From: Streptomyces sasae
GTDB lineage: Bacteria; Actinomycetota; Actinomycetes; Streptomycetales; Streptomycetaceae
Reading direction: 5' to 3'
Assembly: GCF_032656605.1 (NCBI RefSeq)
Contig: NZ_JAUYWK010000003.1
Coordinates: 393,411-425,410, forward strand
DNA length: 32,000 nt
Below, one piece after another: positions 27,102 through 32,000 of the stretch. The notes under the pieces are model-generated. The model was given only the letters and a program-made list of their open reading frames with translations. It had not been told where the DNA came from and did not search any database. Numbering within the stretch: the stretch's first letter is position 1; each line of letters begins with the position of its first letter. The position numbers and the translations under genes are program-made.

Positions 27102-28304
27102 TTGAACGAGCACGACGAGATAGGCGTTTTCCTCGGCCTGGATGTCGGGAAGAGCGCTCATCACGGACACGGACTCACTCCGGCCGGCAAGAAGGTCTTC
27201 GACAAGCAGCTGCCCAACACCGAACCGAAGCTGAGGCAGGTCTTCGACAAGCTCCGCGAGAAGTTCGGCATCGTTCTGGTCGTCGTGGACCAGCCAGCCT
27301 CAATCGGCGCCCTGCCGCTGACGGTGGCTCGCGACACGGGCTGCCAGGTCGCCTATCTGCCGGGCCTGTCGATGCGTCGGATCGCTGACCTCTACCCGGG
27401 TGAGGCGAAGACCGACGCCCGCGACGCGGCCGTCATCGCGGACGCCGCCCGCACCATGCCGCACACCCTGCGCTCGCTGGAGCTGACCGACGAGATCACC
27501 GCCGAGCTCACCGTCCTCGTCGGCTTCGACCAGGACCTGGCGGCCGAGGCCACCCGCACCAGCAACCGGATCCGGGGCCTGCTCACCCAGTTCCACCCGT
27601 CCCTGGAACGGGTCCTGGGCCCGCGCCTGGATCACCAGGCAGTCACCTGGCTGCTGGAACGGTATGGATCCCCGGCCGCACTGCGGAAGGCCGGACGACG
27701 CAGGCTGGTTGAGGTGGTCCGGCCCAAGGCCCCGCGCATGGCGAAGCGGTTGATCGACGACGTCTTCGAGGCGCTCGACGAGCAGACCGTCGTGGTCCCG
27801 GGCACCGGCACCCTGGACGTCGTGATCCCGTCGCTGGCCCGCTCGCTCGGCGCCGTTCACGAACAAAGGCGGGCGGCGGAAGCCCAGATCAACGCCCTGC
27901 TGGAGGACCACCCTCTTTCCAAGGTCCTGACGTCGCTGCCCGGCGTCGGCGTCAGGACCGCCGCTGCATTGCTGGTCACCGTCGGCGACGGAACCAGCTT
28001 CCCCACCGCCGCTCACCTGGCCTCCTACGCCGGCCTCGCCCCGACGACGAAGTCGTCGGGGACCTCGATCCACGGCGAACACGCCCCACGCGGCGGCAAC
28101 CGTGTCCTGAAACGCGCGATGTTCCTGTCCGCGTTCGCCGCCCTGCACGACCCCGCCTCCCGCACCTACTACGACAAATGCCGCGCCCGCGGGAAAACCC
28201 ACACCCAGGCACTTCTCCGCCTCGCCCGCCAGCGGATCAACGTGCTGTTCGCGATGCTCCGCGACGGCACCTTCTACGAACCCAGAACCCCACGCCTCGC
28301 TTGA
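27102..28304 (+). CDS. IS110-family transposase/recombinase (DEDD RuvC-like N-domain + Tnp C-domain)
   Basis: IGVFLGLDVGKSAHHG (first Asp), VVVDQPASIGALP, GEAKTDARDAAVIADAAR, SLPGVGVRTAAALL, ASYAGLAPTTKSSGTS, GNRVLKRAMFLSA. TTG 27102 follows GGGAGGA. Confidence 0.92.
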   Translation: MNEHDEIGVFLGLDVGKSAHHGHGLTPAGKKVFDKQLPNTEPKLRQVFDKLREKFGIVLVVVDQPASIGALPLTVARDTGCQVAYLPGLSMRRIADLYPGEAKTDARDAAVIADAARTMPHTLRSLELTDEITAELTVLVGFDQDLAAEATRTSNRIRGLLTQFHPSLERVLGPRLDHQAVTWLLERYGSPAALRKAGRRRLVEVVRPKAPRMAKRLIDDVFEALDEQTVVVPGTGTLDVVIPSLARSLGAVHEQRRAAEAQINALLEDHPLSKVLTSLPGVGVRTAAALLVTVGDGTSFPTAAHLASYAGLAPTTKSSGTSIHGEHAPRGGNRVLKRAMFLSAFAALHDPASRTYYDKCRARGKTHTQALLRLARQRINVLFAMLRDGTFYEPRTPRLA

Positions 28305-28321
28305 CCAAAGACATAGAGGCA

Positions 28322-28694
28322 CCCCCCCCCCCGCGCGAACGACGACGCGATCCCGACGGGGGCCCGGGTCAGGACGATGGCCGGCGACCGAGGCAGGAGC
28401 CCGAGCACCGTGTCGGCCGCGAAGAACAGGTTCGTCTCCTTCACCAGGTGCCGGCCGGGTCCGTGCAGGTCGCACAGCGCACACCAGCTGGTGCCAGCCC
28501 AGCCCGCTCAGCCCGGCCTCGTGCAGGCTCGGCGGGACGCGGTCGGCGGGCGACAGCGGATGCTCCCGGCTCAACTGCTGCCGGAAGGGCTCGTTGTGCT
28601 GCGGCATCGTCTGACGCAGCGAGTCGGACAGCCAGTGCCTGACATGGTTGGCGATCTCGACGCCGCCGAGTGTGAAGTAGTCGAGCAGCGCCAT
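28322..28694 (-). pseudogene. N-terminal part of the sulfotransferase-like gene, with an additional frameshift
   Basis: ATG 28694, MALLDYFTLGGVEIANH...GLSGLGW in one frame with high GC3. The coding signal then moves to the +1 frame (CALCDLHGPGRHLVKETNLFFAADTVLGLLPRSPAIVLTRAPVGIASSFARGG). The shift lies between about 28465 and 28505. The R-x7-S pattern (TRAPVGIASS) resembles the sulfotransferase 3'-phosphate-binding motif. Confidence 0.5.
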
Positions 28695-28862
28695 GGGCCA
28701 CCTTCCGGGGAATGTTGGCGGCCCGGCCCAGAACCAGCGGCGCGCACGCGAGTGTAGGCGTGCACCCTTCCGCCGGTGTCAGCGTACGGACGGCGGATGA
28801 CCAAGTGGTCCCCGGAGGCGCGTGACCTGTGGCAAGGTCATCTCCGGGGAGGGAAACGACTG

Positions 28863-29174
28863 ATGACCAATTACCAATGCGGGTCGTGCTCGTACGGGAG
28901 CGACGATCTCGATGATCTTCAAAAGCACTTGGACGAGACGGGCCACGTCGGCATCCGCAAGGACGATGCCGGGCCAACCGGAAGCAAGCTCGCCAAAGTC
29001 AGGGTGGCTGCCGAGGTTCTGGGCCTCGCCGCCCTCGGATTCTCCGCCTGGGCCATCAAGGAACTCTGGGAGCGGTTGATGGAGGCGGAGGCGGAGATCG
29101 ACTACCTGAAATCGCCGACTGGCGCAGGAAGGAACCTCAAGAACCAGGACAAGCGTTACGGGCCCGCCGCCTGA
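28863..29174 (+). CDS. Small protein (103 aa) with C2H2 zinc-finger-like motif and one hydrophobic helix
   Basis: YQCGSCSYGSDDLDDLQKHLDETGH fits C-x2-C-x12-H-x5-H. The helix is VAAEVLGLAALGFSAWAI. GGAGGG lies 9 nt before ATG 28863. GC3 is visibly lower than in core genes. An in-frame ATG at 28797 is also possible. Confidence 0.55.
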   Translation: MTNYQCGSCSYGSDDLDDLQKHLDETGHVGIRKDDAGPTGSKLAKVRVAAEVLGLAALGFSAWAIKELWERLMEAEAEIDYLKSPTGAGRNLKNQDKRYGPAA

Positions 29175-29175
29175 C

Positions 29176-29221
29176 CTTCGATCCGAAGACGCGGCCCCAT
29201 GGTCGAGTCTCCGGATCGAAG
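29176..29221 (+). terminator. Long-loop hairpin after the zinc-finger ORF
   Basis: CTTCGATCCG (29176-29185) and CGGATCGAAG (29212-29221) are perfect 10-bp complements with a 26-nt loop, starting 2 nt after the stop. Confidence 0.4.
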
Positions 29222-29291
29222 AGCTACAGCCCTGAGGCAGCGGCGAGCCGGGGCACGACCCGTGTAGGTGCACAACGGCGAAGCCGGGGTG

Positions 29292-29543
29292 ATGATCCCG
29301 ACCACTCCGGCAGGCGCACGCAGCCTGTTTCGGCTCTGCGATGTCGAGCGTGGCGAGACCCGCCGCCGTGCCCTGATCCACTGGGTGGCCGAGCACTCCC
29401 GCCGCATCCGCAAGGACACCGCCGAGGAGACCCGCACCTGGGTGAAAGAGCACGTACGTGGCGCCGTGAACTTCAACTGGGGCGACATCACTGGCACGAT
29501 CCTCCCGGCCCCGGCCGACCTGCGCAGAATTCAGCAGCGCTGA
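29292..29543 (+). CDS. Hypothetical 83-aa protein
   Basis: Coding-type GC3. MIPTTPAGARSLFRLCDVERGETRRRALIHWVAEHSRRIRKDTAEETRTWVKEHVRGAVNFNWGDITG. No motif recognised. GTG 29268 is an alternative start. Confidence 0.45.
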   Translation: MIPTTPAGARSLFRLCDVERGETRRRALIHWVAEHSRRIRKDTAEETRTWVKEHVRGAVNFNWGDITGTILPAPADLRRIQQR

Positions 29544-29608
29544 CCGACACGGATGGAAACCCACGTGCGTGGGCCGCCTGGCCCGCGCTACCGTCTCGTC
29601 TCGTGCAG

Positions 29609-29673
29609 GTGCGCAGGTAGCGGCTACTTCTCCTGTCAAGAGCGTTACGCGGGTTCGAATCCCGCCGCCAGCG
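29609..29673 (+). pseudogene. tRNA-Asp(GUC)-like remnant lacking a pairing 5' acceptor strand
   Basis: Perfect T-arm GCGGG-TTCGAAT-CCCGC (29649-29665). Anticodon loop C-U-GUC-A-A (29633-29639) on a weak stem. D-arm-like GCGCAGGTAGCGG (29611-29623). The 3' acceptor strand CGCCAGC has no complementary 5' strand. Confidence 0.5.
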
Positions 29674-29677
29674 TCGA

Positions 29678-29704
29678 GCCGGTGTCGTCTAGCGGCCTAG
29701 GACA
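29678..29704 (+). pseudogene. 5' fragment of a tRNA-Glu-like gene
   Basis: GCCGGTG-TC-GTCTAGCGGCCTAGGAC matches the acceptor and D-arm typical of actinobacterial tRNA-Glu as I recall it. No anticodon arm or T-arm follows. Confidence 0.45.
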
Positions 29705-29750
29705 CGTACGTTGCCGCAGCCGACCTTGATCTCTGCACACTCAGGCACGA

Positions 29751-29783
29751 GCCGCCCGCCACGGGGGAGTTCCGGCGGGCGGC
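29751..29783 (-). terminator. GC hairpin downstream of the XRE-family regulator gene
   Basis: GCCGCCCGCC (29751-29760) and GGCGGGCGGC (29774-29783) are perfect 10-bp complements with a 13-nt loop, 10 nt beyond the stop at 29793-29795. Confidence 0.6.
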
Positions 29784-29792
29784 TTCGTCATG

Positions 29793-31070
29793 TCAGGCGA
29801 CCAGGGCGCCGGTGCGGGCCGCAAACTCTCGGACGCCCTCGATGCACGTCGGCCCGTACAGCAGCCCGGCCGTCAGCGCCCGCAGCGCGGGACGGCGAAC
29901 CTCCTGCGGCGCCTCCCGCTCGACCTGGCGCAGCGCGCGGAAGGTCTGATTGCCGTCCCCGAGCGCGCTCCACATGCGGGCCATGTCGGTCCACGCCCGT
30001 GCACGCCGCTCCGCCGTCGGCATCCGGTCGACGTTCAGCCGGGCCGCCACAGTCACCGCCTCGTCCGGCACACCGAGGGCGTTGAGCACGCTGATCCGGT
30101 ACGCATCGACCTGCGTCCGCGTGGCCTCCACTGTGAACAGGCCCGGCACGGCCGGATGCCGCTCCGTCTCCTGCTCGGCTTCGTCCAGCAGCGCCAGGGC
30201 CGTTGACCGGTCATGACCGGTCGCTGCAGAGTACGCTCCGGTCAGCAGCAGCGTCGTACGCACGGCGCCGGTGTGGTCGCGGGAGGCGTCCAGGTCCTCG
30301 GCCTCCTTGGCGAGCAGGTGCACCGCGGCCGTGGAGCGGCCCGAGCGGCGCATCGCGATCGCCAGCTGCCGCGAGGCTTCACCAACGGCCACGGGGATGC
30401 CGCTGCAGCGCGCGGCGGCCAGGGCGCGGTCTGCCGCCACCCACGCCGCATCGCTGTGCTGCTTCGTGGCCAGTTCCGCCGCGAGCACGTACGTACGAGC
30501 CAGCGCCAGGTCCGCCTTCTCACGGGCTCGGCCAGAGGAAGCGTCCCTCGTCGCGGTCGCCGAGGCGATCAGGCCCGGCAGCACCTTCCCGAGACGGGTG
30601 TACTGGGTGGCGCAGTAGTCCCGGCGGGCGGCGGTGATCTGCCCAACCAGCAGGGGCAGCGGCATCGGCTCCGCCTGCGGCAGCCGGAACAGGACCACGT
30701 CCAGATCGACCGGCGCGGCAGCAGCGGGGGCCGAGCCGGCGCCGACGGCGGCCGTCGCTCCCGCTGCCACCACTCCCGTCAGCAGCTCCCTACGACGCAC
30801 CTCGTCCTCCTCGTCCGACCGGCAACCTCCGGCCACCGTAGCGACATTGGTCATGCCGGGCACGGCAGACGCACGCAGCTGCTCGGGTGCGATCCGCAGG
30901 AACGCGGCTAACTTCAGAAGGGTCGGGTAGTCGATGCGCAGCTTTCCCGACTCGATGCGGGAGAAGGCCAACGCCGAATAGCCGCAGGCCTTGCCCACCT
31001 CGGTCTGTGTGAGCCGCGCGGCGCAGCGCGCCCCGCGTAAGAGGGCACCGATCTCAGCATCCGCGCCCAT
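29793..31070 (-). CDS. XRE-family HTH protein with internal twin-arginine-like segment and helical-repeat C-terminal domain
   Basis: LLRGARCAARLTQTEVGKACGYSALAFSRIESG (HTH). VRRRELLTGVVAAGATAAVGAGSAPAAAAP at roughly aa 95-125. Then ~300 aa that are Ala/Leu-rich and helical. ATG 31070 lies 6 nt after AAGGAG. Confidence 0.8.
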   Translation of the reverse strand: MGADAEIGALLRGARCAARLTQTEVGKACGYSALAFSRIESGKLRIDYPTLLKLAAFLRIAPEQLRASAVPGMTNVATVAGGCRSDEEDEVRRRELLTGVVAAGATAAVGAGSAPAAAAPVDLDVVLFRLPQAEPMPLPLLVGQITAARRDYCATQYTRLGKVLPGLIASATATRDASSGRAREKADLALARTYVLAAELATKQHSDAAWVAADRALAAARCSGIPVAVGEASRQLAIAMRRSGRSTAAVHLLAKEAEDLDASRDHTGAVRTTLLLTGAYSAATGHDRSTALALLDEAEQETERHPAVPGLFTVEATRTQVDAYRISVLNALGVPDEAVTVAARLNVDRMPTAERRARAWTDMARMWSALGDGNQTFRALRQVEREAPQEVRRPALRALTAGLLYGPTCIEGVREFAARTGALVA

Positions 31071-31106
31071 GGGCACCTCCTTGGACCCGGGTCGGGTGGT
31101 GAGAAC

Positions 31107-31239
31107 CTAGTGTCCTGCGCCAGTAATCCGTTGGTAGATCCGTCTCGTCCCGGCGTTTGGGTTCCGGTCGTCGACCAGGCGTGTTGACCGCCTGCGGCTC
31201 AGTGCGAACTGCCTAGGAACTTCTGCCGCAGGACACTAG
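31107..31239. repeat. Perfect 13-bp inverted repeat pair separated by 107 bp
   Basis: CTAGTGTCCTGCG (31107-31119) and CGCAGGACACTAG (31227-31239) are exact reverse complements, in the intergenic region between the XRE gene and the dehydratase gene. Confidence 0.75.
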
Positions 31240-31453
31240 CGCCGCTTGGGGGGTGTTGGGAGGGCGCGCGGATGCACACCGTGTGCAGGACCCGCAAGCC
31301 GCTTGCCGATGCCTGCACGCCCGATCCGCACGGCTGTGCTGGCCGCCATCGTGAGGACCGCACCCGGCAACCGCTGGGCGTCTCCACGACCGGTCCCCCC
31401 AACGAGCGGCACACCCCATGCCGCCGGCCGGTCATCCTCACCGGAGGCAACAC

Positions 31454-32000
31454 ATGAAGCTGTTGGTTACCGGCGGCGCCGGTTTCATCGGTTCCCACTT
31501 CGTCCGGCGCATGCTCGGCGCCGACGACATCGAGCAGGTCACCGTCCTCGACGCGCTGACGTACGCGGGCAGCAGGGGCAACCTCGGGCAGGCCTTCCTC
31601 AACCCGCGGCTGGAGTTCGTCGTCGGCGACATCTGTAACGCCGCCCTGGTGGACGACCTCGTGGCCCGGCACACCGCAGTCGTCCACTTCGCCGCCGAGT
31701 CCCACGTCGACCGCTCGTTCACGACCGCCGGACGGTTCGTCACGACGAACGTCATCGGCACGCAGACCCTCGCGGACGCGGCCATGCGGTACGGCGTCGA
31801 GAAGTTCGTGCACGTCTCCACGGACGAGGTGTACGGGCCGCTGCTGGAAGGCGCGGCCACCGAGGACTACCCGCTGCGTCCGACTGTCCCCTATGCCGCG
31901 TCGAAGGCCGCCAGTGATCTGATCGCGCTCAGCTACTGGCAGACGTACGGGGCGCCGACCTGCGTGACCCGCTCCTCGAACAACTACGGGCCCTGCCAGC
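31454..32000 (+). CDS. rmlB: dTDP-glucose (NDP-hexose) 4,6-dehydratase, 3' end outside window
   Basis: My own translation from ATG 31454 (GGAGG upstream): MKLLVTGGAGFIGSHFVRRML...HFAAESHVDRS...HVSTDEVYG...YAASKAASD. It is open to the window end. It is absent from the ORF track because no stop is reached. Confidence 0.9.
   Translation, partial: MKLLVTGGAGFIGSHFVRRMLGADDIEQVTVLDALTYAGSRGNLGQAFLNPRLEFVVGDICNAALVDDLVARHTAVVHFAAESHVDRSFTTAGRFVTTNVIGTQTLADAAMRYGVEKFVHVSTDEVYGPLLEGAATEDYPLRPTVPYAASKAASDLIALSYWQTYGAPTCVTRSSNNYGPCQ

Larger units (their letters stand above)
26844..28321 (+). mobile_element. IS110-family insertion sequence (about 1.48 kb, no terminal inverted repeats)
   Basis: A single DEDD-type transposase gene, a 258-nt non-coding left end and a 17-nt right end. 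The element interrupts an otherwise continuous minus-strand reading frame. It is flanked by C7 (26837-26843) and C11 (28322-28332), so the boundaries are ambiguous by a few C residues. Confidence 0.8.

Noticed and set aside
27300-28694. 464-aa minus-strand ORF covering the whole transposase gene
   Set aside because: Only its first ~70 codons (28485-28694) show real coding character, and they belong to the disrupted sulfotransferase-like gene. The rest is antisense to the IS110 transposase and compositionally junk.
28779-29639. 286-aa minus-strand ORF spanning both small plus-strand ORFs
   Set aside because: It has poor composition, no motifs and weak third-position bias. The plus-strand ORFs have RBSs and better coding signal.
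29575-29673. Possible intact long-arm tRNA (Ser/Leu/Sec) ending at 29673
   Set aside because: No 5' strand complementary to the acceptor 3' strand CGCCAGC is present. The nearest candidate, CGCCTGGC at 29574-29581, needs an indel and gives an impossible arm geometry. It is treated as a remnant.

Overview
High-GC (roughly 70%+) actinobacterial DNA with Streptomyces-type codon bias (G/C at most third positions) and many spurious shadow ORFs. All calls come from reading the translations and the DNA by eye; no searches were run.

Nt 1-25,700 looks like conserved chromosomal core. In order it carries:
- a lipoprotein, a Ser/Thr kinase and a tiny membrane protein;
- a minus-strand operon of LytTR regulator, DUF485, sodium:solute symporter and LytS-type kinase;
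- Lrp, a DDAH-like enzyme and rocD;
- a membrane Rossmann/RyR-domain protein, plsC, and a secreted tripeptidyl aminopeptidase;
- ureABCFGD without ureE, with a GC-rich palindromic element wedged between ureF and ureG;
- an SDR remnant;
- an orphan Phd/YefM antitoxin divergent from a ClpP paralogue whose catalytic triad looks degenerate, plus a small co-transcribed ORF;
- a c-di-AMP (ydaO-type) riboswitch in front of an NlpC/P60 hydrolase;
- a WhiJ-like triad (ATP-binding protein, XRE, DUF397), then bioF.

Nt 25,700-29,790 is a decayed accessory patch. It holds frameshifted pseudogenes and an IS110-family element inserted in a C/G homopolymer of a sulfotransferase-like gene. That element has a 258-nt non-coding left end (candidate bridge RNA) and split promoter halves at its two ends. 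The patch also holds two low-GC3 small ORFs (one with a C2H2 zinc-finger pattern) and two tRNA remnants. The window ends with an XRE-family regulator divergent from a 5' partial dTDP-glucose 4,6-dehydratase gene; a perfect 13-bp inverted repeat pair lies between them.

Best leads:
- the IS110 element with its possible guide RNA;
- the orphan antitoxin / pseudo-ClpP / small-ORF locus;
- the split transporter/LytS-LytTR operon;
- the RyR-domain membrane protein.
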